Counted from the first letter of the stretch, positions 13,118-25,829 are shown. The stretch: DNA of 64,000 bases from Fistulifera solaris (GCA_030295235.1 AP026134.1:124001-188000), one strand, 5' to 3'. Program-made: numbers and translations. Notes: generated by a model not told the origin, from the sequence alone.

Positions 13118-15034
13118 ATGAAGTGTTTCTGGTTTCTCCTGTTCCTCTTCCCATCCATTCATTCCTTTTCTCCTCCTCCACCTTCGACGCCTACTCCTCC
13201 AGTTACAAACATGCCTACTTCCTATTTGATTTCGGAGGAAATATGGCACCAATATACACGAGTCGTTTCCGATGTCATGACACGTCCTCGAGTTACACAA
13301 AAACTCGATCCATCATCTCTCCAAACGGTTCAAGACTACCTGTTATCCAATCGATCGTTTCCTTATACGCCAGCCAAAACACAAGAACAATTGCAACAAC
13401 AACGTGGTCTCTTCTTAAACGTACACAACCAGTGGACGATGCAGCAATACGACTATTTGACCCGATGTTTGGGTTATGTCGCCGATGTCAGTGCCAAGAC
13501 CCAAAGTACCGGTGCCGCCCAAGTGGCGTGGTATAAAATTCAGGAATGTGGCATGTTACCCCGGGAAAGTACGCTCAGTACATTCTTGTATGTTCTGCGC
13601 GGCTGTGAACAGGAAAATGAACACGTCGCGACCTTTCACGATGCGTTCTATGCGCCAACCGAAAAGACCGTTACCTTGCGCATTCAATCGTTGGTGGCCA
13701 AACAAGACCCAATCGCGGCGGAACAATTGTTGCAACTGCTGCCCTGTCAAAAGTTACGGACGTTTTGGCCGATTCTGCAATATTATTGTCGTCGTCATGA
13801 GGAACCGACGTCTTTGGCGGCTGCCTTGCGATTGTTTCGTCACATGCGGAAGGCTCCGGGAGTAATTTTGGATGCCGATGTGTACGGTCTCTTGTTGAGT
13901 GCCTTGGGGCGACATGGAGTGTTTACTTCTTCCAGCCTGGAAGGCATTTACGAATATGGATATGCACAAGGACGAGAGCTGTGGAATCAATTAGTGACCG
14001 GAATGGCCGAGGATTTATTGGAATTGACACCGGCTGTGGCCCAACAAATTGCGGAAGGTTTCTTGGACGCTGCCCGTAGTACAGAAGCCATGGAACATGT
14101 CATTCAAAAGGACAAACTCACGATAGGCCGTGTCCAGATCGACGCCACCACCGGAAAATGTCCGGCCACCGGTGTTACATTACGATTAATGGCCTTGACA
14201 CCATCCCAACGACAACAAGTGCATGATACTTTATTGGAAATGGCCGGCACACAACACGAAGAATACGGGGCCAAGTTACAGGCGCGCGGAAAAGCCATGG
14301 AGGAGAAACGCAATGGACAATATGCGCAAGAACAGTTACGTCAATTTTCCGATTGGTTGAAACAGCGCGAAACACCGTACACGGCCATTGTCGATGGACC
14401 CAATGTAGCATATTTCGGACACGGGAATGTGCATTACAGTCAAGTATGGGAGGTTGTGCAGGAATTGCAACGATTGGGGGAACGTCCGTTGGTGGTCATG
14501 CCCCAAAAGTATTTGTCGCGCAGTTTCTGGCTGTCGGGATTGGGCAAGGTACAAGAATTGAATGATCAGGATCAAGCCATCATTGACAAGCTAAAAGACT
14601 GTATGTATGTAGTGCCGTCGACCTGTCTGGATGATTATTATTGGATGCTAGCGAGCGTGGCAGAACAAGGTAGCACCGACTTTGTTATCGTACAACAAGA
14701 TCAAATGTTCCCATTAACAGGATTACGCCCTTTGTTGATTACTAATGATCAGATGCGCGACCATCGATTAGCTTTACTGGAACCCCGCCTATTTCGTCGG
14801 TGGACAAGTTGTCACATTGTCAACTACATGTTGCGAACTTGCGAAGAAAAAGATGGCAACGGAAAAGCCGTGAATGGGGAAGAGTGCAGTTATGAAACCA
14901 AATTCTTCCCCGCGCAAGTATTTAGTGGGGAGATTCAAGGAAATGGCATACAAGGGACCGATACGATGGTGTGGCACTTCCCTGTCAGTGGATGGTCCGA
15001 GTCGGAACGCTTTTGTTTTTGCCTGCGACAATAA
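13118..15034 (+). CDS. PRORP: Protein-only RNase P (PPR + NYN nuclease), predicted plastid-targeted
   Basis: PPR-like helices, Zn-site TGKCPATG, NYN catalytic motifs IVDGPNV, CLDDYYW and ITNDQMRDH, and C-terminal WHFP...FC. N-terminus MKCFWFLLFLFPSIHS-FSPP is a signal peptide with +1 Phe. ORF is intact. Confidence 0.92.
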   Translation: MKCFWFLLFLFPSIHSFSPPPPSTPTPPVTNMPTSYLISEEIWHQYTRVVSDVMTRPRVTQKLDPSSLQTVQDYLLSNRSFPYTPAKTQEQLQQQRGLFLNVHNQWTMQQYDYLTRCLGYVADVSAKTQSTGAAQVAWYKIQECGMLPRESTLSTFLYVLRGCEQENEHVATFHDAFYAPTEKTVTLRIQSLVAKQDPIAAEQLLQLLPCQKLRTFWPILQYYCRRHEEPTSLAAALRLFRHMRKAPGVILDADVYGLLLSALGRHGVFTSSSLEGIYEYGYAQGRELWNQLVTGMAEDLLELTPAVAQQIAEGFLDAARSTEAMEHVIQKDKLTIGRVQIDATTGKCPATGVTLRLMALTPSQRQQVHDTLLEMAGTQHEEYGAKLQARGKAMEEKRNGQYAQEQLRQFSDWLKQRETPYTAIVDGPNVAYFGHGNVHYSQVWEVVQELQRLGERPLVVMPQKYLSRSFWLSGLGKVQELNDQDQAIIDKLKDCMYVVPSTCLDDYYWMLASVAEQGSTDFVIVQQDQMFPLTGLRPLLITNDQMRDHRLALLEPRLFRRWTSCHIVNYMLRTCEEKDGNGKAVNGEECSYETKFFPAQVFSGEIQGNGIQGTDTMVWHFPVSGWSESERFCFCLRQ

Positions 15035-15119
15035 TATTGATGTGTGCGCATCATAATGAATGGCTCAAATCATAGGCGCTGCGTCCTTACTACGCGAACT
15101 CGGCTGGCGATAGTTATAG

Positions 15120-17511
15120 TTACTGTTCTCGGTGAGGGAGGACGACACAGAACCACTCATCCGTAGTATCCTGCAACGGGAAATGCCAAGCAATGCGACC
15201 ATCTTCCAGTGGATTACTTTGTATTTCCCGTGAATACGCATCGGCTGCCAAGAAGTGGATATCGGATCTGGCGCGACTGGCTCCGCTCACGTAGGCCAAG
15301 AAACTGTAGTTTACCATGTAATTGCTAAACCACCGACGGAACAATTGTGGCTCCATCATACTCAATTTGTGATCTCGCATGCGGTCATTAGAGATCAATA
15401 GAGGTCTTGCTCCTGGCCAACGCCCTTTTGAATTGTCGGGTGCCACCCAGAGTTCGTCCCCACCAATAGTTAGTTCAGAGGAGGAGATAAGTGTAGCAAT
15501 GGCGTTAGTTTGATCCGTGACACTAGCCGTAATCCAGTAGAAATCATCTAACGACCCTGGTTGGACCACATAGACTTGTTTCCGTGCCACCAAATGATCA
15601 CGAATCGCCTTTTTCTTCTTCCGTCAATACTTGCCGCTGGGCACGTCTCTGATCAAATCCTCCAGCACCCACACTAATGTTAAATACATCGCGCATATAC
15701 TTTTGTGGCAAGACAACCAGGGCGTGTTCACCTCGGTGTTGTAAGTCATCCACCATCCACTGAATTTGATGAAAGCTGAAGCGTCCTTGTTGAAAATTTT
15801 GCATATAATAGCCAACGTTGGCGCCATCCACAATAATGGTGAAGGGCGGTCCCGAACGTTCTTGGAGAAATGTCATAAAGTCTAGCAAGGGCGATTTGTC
15901 AATTTTGTTGCCTTTCGAGTTTTGCTCCGGTGTAACAGACGAAACTGACTCGTTTGGAGTGTATTGCCGTTGATTGTCTTGTGCCAAATCTAGCATACGC
16001 ATCCTTAATTCTTTCCGTTGGTCCGATGTCAAGCGCAGCAATCTCAACTGTACTTGTGTGACGGGACATATTCCTGTCGTACTATCGATTTGAACACGTT
16101 CGGCTATTACAGTGTGCGGAGTCGATGCTGGGGAGGATTCGGCCGTCATCAGACGCAAGGGTTGCAACGCACTGGTTCGGGTCAAATCATCGGGATAATA
16201 CTCGGCAAAGGCGTTCCGCAATCGAATGGCCGCATTGAGGGGCAATTCCATGCCATTCGGATCATCCGCCATATCCTGTACAATGGAATGAAACAATTCG
16301 GCATGTTCGGCAAAGTATCCCTTGGACGCCAAGGTCGACAAGACCAACCAGTACGTTTCGACTTGAAAATGTACCAACGGCAACGTGTGTCGCATTTGTC
16401 GATACAAACGAATGGCCTCCGGGAAGTTGGATTGTTCCAAATAGAGTTTCAAAATGGGAGTATACACGCGCAATCGCACTTGTTCACTACCATTCACTTG
16501 TTGCAAATACTGTTCGGCGGCCACCGCATCGCCTCGATCGACCCACCCTTGTACCCGCGCTTGGATACTTTGCGGAACCGGGGCATACAAGGTATCATGA
16601 TATTCCGCAATTTCGTTCATGATTTCGTGTGTATCTTCTGGTTCAAAGGCGTGAAACAACAACGACAAGGTCGGATCAGTCGATTGCCGGGGTTGTAATG
16701 AACTCAGATACAACAAATTGTGCAACAATTGATCATTGTTGAAACCAGCTTCTTGGACTTTGGGCCACAACACTTGGACAGCCCATCCCCATCCTTTCCG
16801 CGCACATTGACACGATACTTGAAACAAGATATTTTGGGCGGTTTCGAGTTGGGCGGGAGTTGTGCTTGTTTTTGATAGAAAGGATTGTTGCTGTTGTTGT
16901 TGTTGTTGTTGTTGTATTTGCTGCTGGGCCGTTGTCGTATCCACGTCAACCAACGGCATCTCACGCCATAACCATTCCCGTAGTGTCTCGTGTAAGGGCT
17001 CTCGTTTCTTTTTCCGACTTTGTGGTTGATGATGTCGTTCGAGGACTTCTTTCAGTATTGTTTCGTATTGTTCCCACGCTTTGCGAGGGTAGGCATGTAC
17101 GGGACGTGGTGGTGGTGATTTCGGTGTCGAAAACAATTCAAAAATAGTGGAATTGGCCATACTCACGACACTAGATGAACGATGGGCTGTTTGCGAAGGA
17201 CGCTTTGTTTCGCCCTGTGAAGGTCGTTCTTTCATCATGCGTTCGACATCTTCGAGAATCGAGCGAGTCGTAGTAGTGTTCGGTATGGAGGCAGTACTAT
17301 TCTTAGTAGTATCAGAAGAAGCTTTCATAAAGTGAGCTATTTCGGCAGATTTGCGACGGCTATCCGATTGTCGTGTGTTCTTGGATGGACTCTTTGGCTG
17401 TGTTAACGTCTTTTTCTTGGGGCGACCGATGGCCTTTTTGGTGGTAGTACTGGTAGTAGAAAAGAAACAGGTTGGCTGTTTTCGTATCACTCGCTGCCAT
17501 GATGATAACAT
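15120..17511 (-). CDS. PRORP: Protein-only RNase P (PPR + NYN nuclease), predicted mitochondrial
   Basis: TGICPVT, IVDGANV, SLDDFYW, ISNDRMRDH and WHFP...WFC. ATG 17511 begins MLSSWQRVIRKQPTCFFSTTSTTT (basic/hydroxylated, no acidic residues). One extra base at ~15610-15614 joins ORFs 15598-17586 and 15120-15593. Confidence 0.9.
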
Positions 17512-17933
17512 CCTTTTGATGCCTATTCGTAGAGAAATTAACAAATGCTTGCAGAGAACAAGACGGCAGTTCGAAGACAAAAACAATATGGAGCAAGATG
17601 ATGAAGGAATTAGTTTGCGTTTTCGTTTTTCGCGTTTTTTTTTGTGGCTTTCGTGAGTCGCGGGTTGAGGTTGACGACTCGTGAATGAACTTTCGCGCAG
17701 CGCGAATTTACGTCCGCCGTCCGTCTTGTGACAGAACTATAACCCGACGAAGGCGGACCGCAAAAAAGTCTCGTTGTGATCGAGGATCGAGGATGCGCCG
17801 CTGGTTGTAGCGAAACAACAAGAAAGTTGTATTGCTCAGTACAGTACAGTACAGTACAGTTCTTTTCTTATCTCATCTCATCTCATCATTCATGCATTCA
17901 TTCACTTTCCCTTCAATCAAATAACAACTGACA

Positions 17934-18395
17934 ATGGCATCATCATCATCTGCATCATCACCACCCCCGAGGCCGTACAGAAATTCCGACAATTGTTGCA
18001 ACAATCGCAATCGCTGTTGCAAAAAATTGCTGAACTCGAAATGGATCGGAATGAACACAAATTAGTGGAAGACTCATTACAGCCACTAGATCCGCAACGC
18101 AAGGCTTATCGATTGGTGGGAGAAATGCTCGTAGAACGGACGGTGCAAGAAGTATTGCCATCGATACGGACCAATCGGACGCATGTACGTATATCGAAGG
18201 ACAGAAATAATATGCTCGTTTCTCCCCTTTTTTTCTCTGTTTTGTTTTGTTTTTGTTGCCATGGCCTCGTCTCTCACTTATTACTTTTTTCATAAAAAGT
18301 TGGACGCCACGATTGAAACCTTGCGTGAACGATTGGAAACGATGCAAAAAGAAGCAGAACAAATTCGACAGCAATACAATTTGCAAGTGCAGTAA
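17934..18395 (+). CDS. PFDN2: Prefoldin subunit 2 (intron 18185-18299)
   Basis: KIAELEMDRNEHKLVEDSLQPLDPQRKAYRLVGEMLVERTVQEVLP. GTACGT...AAG intron. One missing C at ~17964-17968. Confidence 0.92.
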
Positions 18396-18870
18396 ATAAT
18401 AGGAGAGTAACTTACTAGAAAAGAAAAGCGACGTTGAATTTTTATTTTAATAAGCGATTTAGTTTCGATAGAAAAGGAATAATTCTTGGCTTTCACATTT
18501 TGACCATAGTAGTGATGGCGGACGGTGATCCTTCGAGATGCTGTAGGATATCCAACATTTTTTTTTAACAAATATCATACTACTTGCCGCGAGATGCACA
18601 ATTCCTGCGCGACGTGAAAACGAGGGTTTGACCTTGCCAAGCTTTTTCAAATAGTGATATGATGTGATCGGCATGATATAATTACAAAGGGAAACTGTAT
18701 TGTGAGGCCAAGTCATGGCACGACAGTCAAAAGGGACCATGTGATAATAGGGTCCTTTGCTTTTATTCTAGTTGGATTTGATAGGATGCAATAGACATGA
18801 AAATACAGACTCTAGACAATTTTTCTGTTTTCGTAAGACCATTATTCATCGACAATCACAAATCGCTTGC

Positions 18871-19671
18871 TTAACCCTCCAAGTCTCTGCAATCATAGCA
18901 CAATGTTGTCAGAGGTTGTCCGGCTTCGTCTTCGTTCACAACGGGGCCCAGTTCATCGTTCACGGGGCAAGCAGTACCGGTGAACATGGCAGTCAAATCA
19001 GCTGCTGTCAAGTTCACTCGGATCTTATCGGACCATGGGCACAAGTTTTGAGCAAACACTTTGGCATCGTCAAAGGCGAAACGGAAGTCCGTGACCTTGG
19101 TGACGGTCCATGCCGAAATGTCACTGTTGAAACTGACCGCGTCGTAGAACATGTAACTAATGTCTTCCGCGCAACGCATGTCCCACTCGGAAAGATCACC
19201 AGCGAAAGAAGAAGCACCACTGAACATGCGCTCAAAGTCCTGTACGTTGAAGACATCCCAATTGGAGACATCTCCGTTGAACGCTTTGGCATCTTCGAAC
19301 ATACCCTCCATGGTAAGCACACGGCCGGTTTGGAACCTGGAAACATCTCCATCGAACTTTTCAGCACCGGCAAACATGTATCGCATGTCTCGGGCACAGG
19401 TGGTTACCCAGCCGGTCAGATCCTCATTGAAGTTGATGTTGGCGGGGTTGCGTTTCACGTCAAAGAGGTAAGAAAAGTCAGCGATGTCACGGACGCACCA
19501 GCTGCCAATAGGCCAGCCGTATGTTTGCGCGACGGTGGTGCCTCGAGTAGAGTTGGTCAAGTACGCGTCTACAGCGTCTCGGAGCTCGGGGGTGGTCTCG
19601 AAGCACTTTTGCTGTGCCGACACGGCACCGATAAAGAGAAGAATTGTCGTTCGCAGAGACACAGAATACAT
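18871..19671 (-). CDS. Secreted DUF285/BspA-like surface repeat protein
   Basis: Signal peptide, YGWPIGSWCV, repeated FN.D.S.W.......M..MF.GA..F units, and QNLCPW. Confidence 0.9.
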   Translation of the reverse strand: MYSVSLRTTILLFIGAVSAQQKCFETTPELRDAVDAYLTNSTRGTTVAQTYGWPIGSWCVRDIADFSYLFDVKRNPANINFNEDLTGWVTTCARDMRYMFAGAEKFDGDVSRFQTGRVLTMEGMFEDAKAFNGDVSNWDVFNVQDFERMFSGASSFAGDLSEWDMRCAEDISYMFYDAVSFNSDISAWTVTKVTDFRFAFDDAKVFAQNLCPWSDKIRVNLTAADLTAMFTGTACPVNDELGPVVNEDEAGQPLTTLCYDCRDLEG

Positions 19672-20526
19672 GGCGATGGGCTTACTCGATTTCGTTTCGT
19701 TGGAAAAGAACTTGTGTTAGTGCGCACTTCTTTTTCTTGTGCAACGAGAGGGCGCTTGAAATTTGAAGTATGAATCAATCCGCGCAGAATGTGAGTTTAT
19801 AATCGTTCGAAGCAAATTTACGGCGCACATTTTGAATCGGGTTCAACGGACTAAAAAATGAAAGTTTGATTCTTGGTCAAAATCGATTTCATTAAGTCGT
19901 GTTGTGACTACATTCACAAGTATAGTAGAAGGATACTATATATCTTAAAGTACTAGTTTTTTCTTGATGTCCAATTTTGGGCACATCACAAAAATTATAT
20001 AGACTTTAGCCGAAATAAAATGTCTTTTGTGAGTCGCGTTTAGGAATTGTCGCGCAAGCACCCCGGAAATTGCAAACTAAAACGAATCGTGAGTCCTAAG
20101 TCGTGAGTTTTTGCTGCCAGCGTGCAGCCTCTGCCTGCCTTCCAGTAGTGCCTAGTCGTCTCCAGTCCTTTTCCATGCTATTATCTATTACAACCAGAAA
20201 CATTATGCTTTATTGTCATCATGATTTTAACGCTCGCATTTCAAAACCATCCAGCTTACCTTACACACTAGTTTTTGTCGATGAGATGCTGAAGAACGAC
20301 GTTTCAGAACAAGCAATATCCCGCCCCCGAAATGGGTAATTATACCTCTTTCGAGCAGCTCGCAAAGATGCCACACCATCGTTCCCCGAAGGTAAGATAC
20401 AACACCTCAATTCTAGTAGATTGTGCCGCTTGGCAGCAAGGTTCAGCAAAATTCAGTGCATGCCACTTATTCACACGATCCATAAAATCAAACAAAAAGC
20501 AATTAATTATAATTTAAACATTCTCT

Positions 20527-23242
20527 TTATGCATAGTACTCCCAAGCGTAGGCAAAGGGTTCTTTGTAATATCGATCCGGTGTCATATGCCACTCGACAT
20601 CTCCGTCCTCAAAAACTATCATGGCTCCACCACTGGGCCAAACGCGTTCAATCACTCCTGGATAACAATCATGGAACTCGTCTGAGTAACATCCCAGAAC
20701 TCTGTCGCCCTGTGTGACTGGCTCTTGTGGACGTAAGCGAGACGGCAGTACCTCGTAGTCGACGGTACCGTCATTGTAAGCTATCGTGAAATGACCATAA
20801 GGCTGCTCTGCCAACACGGTTCCTGGATACCAGGAAGTGCCATCTTGTGTGCACCACACCAAATCACCCACTTTGAACGTTTCGTCGTGAAATGGCTGTG
20901 GTGATATTGAAGATTTCTTGCGCGACGTGCGGCGACCGTTGATCGGTCGCAAAAACGTATGGACTCGCGACAAGCTCGGCAATGTCAACTGGGTGTTATT
21001 TGATCGCGTCTTCACGTGTACTGCGGTTGGTTCAAACAACGCATCTTCCCATCGACGTAAATTTTCCTGAGATACAGTGCACATTCGCGAGCTTCGACGA
21101 CATTCAAACCCAAATCGAAGGTCCGCCATCAACCAGCGAATACTTTTCTGGAGCTCTCGCAGGATACCAAACGCTCGCTCTTGGAGTTCGTGCCGTATTC
21201 TTTTTTCTCTTTTGCGACTCGCTCATGACTCTCCAATCACCTGTACGATAATCTTGCAGTAAGAAACGGCCTTTTTCAAGATCTTTTAGGTGCGACTCTT
21301 CGAAAAGTGACCATAACGCAGAGTCGTGATTGCTTTTATAGAACTCGGCATTCTGTTTCGCCCATTGTATGAGTCGCATATTACCTGGATGAAAGTCCAA
21401 CCACTGATCATAAGATCCCAAAAAGGCTGCATCGTATCTCGTGCCTATGAGAACATCCGTACGCTGTGGAAGCGTGGTGGGCATCCTCATGGAAAGCTCT
21501 TTTTCTGATTGGTGTTGCAACGTTACAGCCGGAAAGGGTCGCATCAAGTATTGTCCACTGGTGACATCTTGACCCCATCGGGACTGAAGAATTCGCATAT
21601 AAACACCCGTGCCGATCAAAGCGAGTATGGCATTCGTTTGAATCCACCGAAACACCGTTCCAGGTATCATTCGAGGCTGCCAACGAATCAGAGCAACGAG
21701 AAACGAACAACCCACGTAGACACCATGAGTCCACAAATTGACTCGTGTCAAAAAGTCTCTAGTCTTTTCTAAAGTCTCTCGAAGAAAGAGCTGCCATCTC
21801 TGCTTTTGCGATGCTCGATACGATAATAATCGCCCTTGCAAAAACTTTGGGAACCCAAGATCCTTAAGTTTCGGCAAGAACCGCAAAGGTAGATCTTCAT
21901 CTTCCAACTGCCCATTGGAAAATCGCATGTAAACTGCTGTCACCAAATCGTAGCCCCAATGCCGCGTCCGCGGTTTCCACAACGACAAGGCACGCAGCAC
22001 GGAAAAAGGCCACCGCATGGACGAAGCATCCTGCAGATCTTGCAGCGTGTGTCCCCACATATTCCACTTCTGATGAAAATACGTACCCCGCGACAACTGA
22101 CGGGCGTCGTTCGCATGCACTCGTGGTCTCGCCAAAAACGAAACAATAAAGACGACCCGGTGTGGGGCTTCCGGATCCGTGTGCGCTGAACCACGATGCC
22201 AGACATGTTGATTGATCAGCGCTCCGTGACCGGCGGGAAAGTACTGACCTTGCGGCCCCGCCAAATGCAATCCCAGTTTGTTAGCTTCACAAACGGCGTC
22301 TAAGTCATTGGCGCAGTAATGGGTTCCCGGACACAGATCGGTGGCACCCATACGCTCGGTGACATTTTGGAGAGGCAGAAACAAGGAATAAGAGTGCGAA
22401 TACGTTCGCGCGAATTTCAAGGCATTCCCATCACTCTTCGTGTCGGGATGCCATACTTGGCTGACGGCACCAGCCCACGAAGTGATGGCGGTAATTTCCG
22501 CTACTGCCGGATCGATATCACCCAGCAATTCTTGTAGTAAGGGTCGTAACAGGGGATGTTCGGCGACTTCTTTGAGTGCTTGTGTCACGGCGGGGTGTTC
22601 GGTTGCATCAATGCCGTAACTAACTCTCGATTCTCCCTGGGAAACTGGATAGGCTTCTCGATCGGTTACCGCCGCATTCCGATGCATAATGTAGGCACGC
22701 AACTCTTCTACAGTATGTTTGGTCAAAACCTGAGGAATGACTGCCGCGCCATGCTGCAACATGTGAGAAACGCCGTCACGTTCCGGAAGCAACAAGTCAC
22801 TCGCCGTGTGCGTCGAAATATCGTATTGGTTGCAGTGTCTTTCGTAGTAGGTATATTCGTGCAATAAATCTGTGTCTGTGCGTTGTGCTCGATCAAACAA
22901 AGGTTCGTAAATTTGATGATACAAGGCAAGACACCCGGAACACAGCAACCACGATGTCATGATCAGAATCAAAGGAAGATCGACGAGGCATCGGACCCAT
23001 CGTGATGATGAGGAAATCTGCTTCTTTACCAAAGGTTGCTTCGCTACTTCTGTTACAGTGTGCGAATCGCTGCTCTCGCTCGAATCTTCTTCCACCGCAA
23101 GGAAATCGCGGATTCGATCTTGACGAGCCCTTAACAGCAATAAATCGCGTTCAACACTATTTTCGTCGTCAATTGATGCATCCTCCTGATACTCTAACAA
23201 AACCTCTTCTTCGCTTTTCTTTTCTTCTTCGTTTGCTTGCAT
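20527..23242 (-). CDS. Membrane-anchored PhyH-type 2OG-Fe(II) dioxygenase fused to DUF6824-like and tandem Tudor/Agenet-like domains
   Basis: TM, then QVWHPD...FLPLQNV...MGATDLCPGTH...HVWHRGSAH...RVVF (HxD...H...R), TMs, DVLIG...HPGN...GRFL...W (DUF6824-like). After an indel at ~21201-21211 come FKVGDLVW...WYPGTV...IAYNDG and GDRVLG...YPGVI...IVFEDGD. Confidence 0.8.
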
Positions 23243-23598
23243 GATATATTACGATATTTTTATCTTTGAATCGACTTTATGATAGAATTGATCGACCAAG
23301 AAAATATGCTTTCATCTTGAGCACTCATCGACATGCGGCCACTTCTCAACGGTCGTCCGTGTTCGGATTGCACATAGCAACCCTGTGTTATTCCAGTAGG
23401 GTTTGATTTATTTAAAATCCGTGTTATTCTGTCCGAGTGGTTTTTGACATCAACTGCATTGCGGAAGACTGCAGTTTATTTTTTTGAGGGGCCGATGACG
23501 ATCAAGGAAAAATCGCGATGATACTCTCGTTTTTTTCTCTTGCTCCTTCTATTTTTGGCTCGAAACAGCCAACTCAACTCCCCATTGAAAAATTCAGA

Positions 23599-25829
23599 AT
23601 GAGAGGACCGAAACGAGGATCAATTCACAGTGCTCACAAACAGCAACTTGACGATGATCTGCCGAGGGAAGACGATCGTCTTACCGAGCGCCCTCGTCGC
23701 CGTCCAAGGACCGTGGAAGACGAAGGTGAAGATCAAAGACGGTTCGATACCGACGAAGAGATCGAACGAAATCTGCCTTTTGTTGTGCCGTCTGTCACTG
23801 TTCGGAACAACGAAAACGAGCCACCATTTTAAACGCGGAAAATGATACCTTCATTACCGACAATCAGTCCCATTTCCATCGATTCTGCTGCCACAATGGC
23901 AAAGCTGTAGTTCACGCAAATGAAGTGGTTAAACGTCTAGAAAATGGGGAGTTTGAAGACGATGAAAGTGATGATGATCATGAGTTTTTCTTGAGAGCGA
24001 ACGATGTTCAACGATACATCAAAAATGCGAATCGCCAAGAAACGTCCTACTTTAATACGGACAATCTGGAGGTGGAAGCTGACAAGCTACTTTGCAATCC
24101 GGCCTATGCGGAACATGTGATGAAGGCTTTTCACGAGGAAACGAAGAAAGGTCCGCGAAAGCAAGGTTTGGTGATCTTGGACTTGTTTGGTGGAGTCGGA
24201 ACTGCATTGGTGGTGTTGAAGCGCGTGAAGCTTCCCATTAAAAAGGTCATTCACGTGGAACATGATCTCGTGGCGACATTTGTCAGCCGTATGAACCATG
24301 ACTACAAGTTTGTGGAGTCGCTGCGGGCGTTTGCTCGTGATAAGATTGAAGATGGGCATGATGGTGGTTACAGAACGCTTGTGAATTGGGAGATTCCTGA
24401 TGATGGGGTCGAGCATGTTTACTACCGTCGCTTTGAGGATATTTTCGACCCTTCACACGGTGATGGTTCTGCGAACTTTCCATTTCAAGATTTTGCCGCG
24501 AGACATGTTAGGACTGGTACGTACGTTATACTGCATCTTCTTCATTCCTGGTCTTTTGCGCATTCTGAAGTGTATTTATATCATCTTCTAGACGGAATCG
24601 ATCTTATTCTTGGGGGACCTCCGTGTATCGATTTCAGTGGCGCTAACGCGAATCGACAGGGGACGGACGGCGAACAAGGAAAGTACGTGATCTTGACTGG
24701 TCAACTCTGTCGACAAATTCAAGAACATCAGTTGCGAAAAGCTTACATCATGATTGAAAATGTCGTCATTTCTAATCCGACGGATTGTGCAAGAATCCGC
24801 AAAGCATTTGGGTTCCGGTGGAAGCCAGTTGAACTCGATGCCTGGCAGCTATCTCCCTGTCGAAGAAAGCGTCATTTTTTCACCAACATTCCGTACTCGG
24901 ACACCGAAAGAGCTCATCGATACTGCGAAGTAACCCCAGAGAGCTGCATGGACGATGGTTATACGCTGGCTCAGATGCTTATAGCAGACACGGAAAGTGC
25001 CGAGGATGCCCCGTCTCGCAGGATGAAGGCAAATACTTTTATGGCCTCAAAAGCGCGACTTAAAGATGATCGGATGCACGTGTTCAAAAGATGTGAAATC
25101 GGGAATAATGGAAGTAGGAGGGGTCGTGAATACTTGACGCGTGCTTTTAATGTGACAGAACGAGAACGAATGATGGGCTATCCGGAGGGCTGTGTTAGTC
25201 GACCAGGTCAGTTTTCTTGCGGTAGTTAGCGAAATGCGTTTTGTGCGCTTGTCTCACGCTCGGCTTTATCCAGTTTCTATGCTGTTTGAAATTCTCTGGA
25301 GTCATGGATACTTTCGTTTGAACAAATACAAAATTGAAATCAAAGGACAGCCAGCAGAAACATGGCCACTGGATAAAGATGGTTGGCGTGAAATGTTGCC
25401 CAAGGAGCTGCACGATTTTGCTGGTAATTTCTTGGGCCATTCCTTTCCAAATATTACGCCTTTTTGTTTTAAGTTTGCTCTACCCCCAAAAGTCAGACTA
25501 GCTCCACCACCAAGCGGTGAAACGGTAAGTAGACAATGGATCGCGTCAGAGCCACTCTTCATCCCACTTCTCAAATTATCCCATCGCAGGCAACTCATCT
25601 CGACGAAGAAGAATACGCCATGCATCTCATTGGAAACGCTTTCTCAATCCCATCAGTGGAGCAGGTTTTGTGCCGTTTGAACGAGTTATTCAGTCCCGAG
25701 GAGAAACATCGTTGCAAAGAGCTTTATGAAAACTGGCAGTATTCTTACAAGTGGGAGGAAGCTACACCACGCGAAGTCACTCCGACACTGGGGGAAGTGG
25801 TTTCATTCAAGCACGAATACTTTATTTAA
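23599..25829 (+). CDS. DNA (cytosine-5)-methyltransferase, DNMT3-like (introns 24517-24591, 25207-25273, 25525-25589)
   Basis: Motif I LDLFGGVG, II VEHD, IV DLILGGPPCIDFS, VI IENV, VIII LSPCRRKRHFFTNIP, IX ERERMMGYPEG, X LIGNAFSIPSV. Three GT-AG introns keep the frame. One missing T at ~23827-23830 links the N-terminus. Confidence 0.9.

Noticed and set aside
18772..19773. 333-aa plus-strand ORF
   Set aside because: Antisense shadow of the DUF285 gene, with a non-ATG start and no recognisable motifs.
23599..25829. Bacterial restriction-modification methyltransferase or contamination
   Set aside because: Three spliceosomal introns, DNMT3-like motif wording and no adjacent endonuclease.
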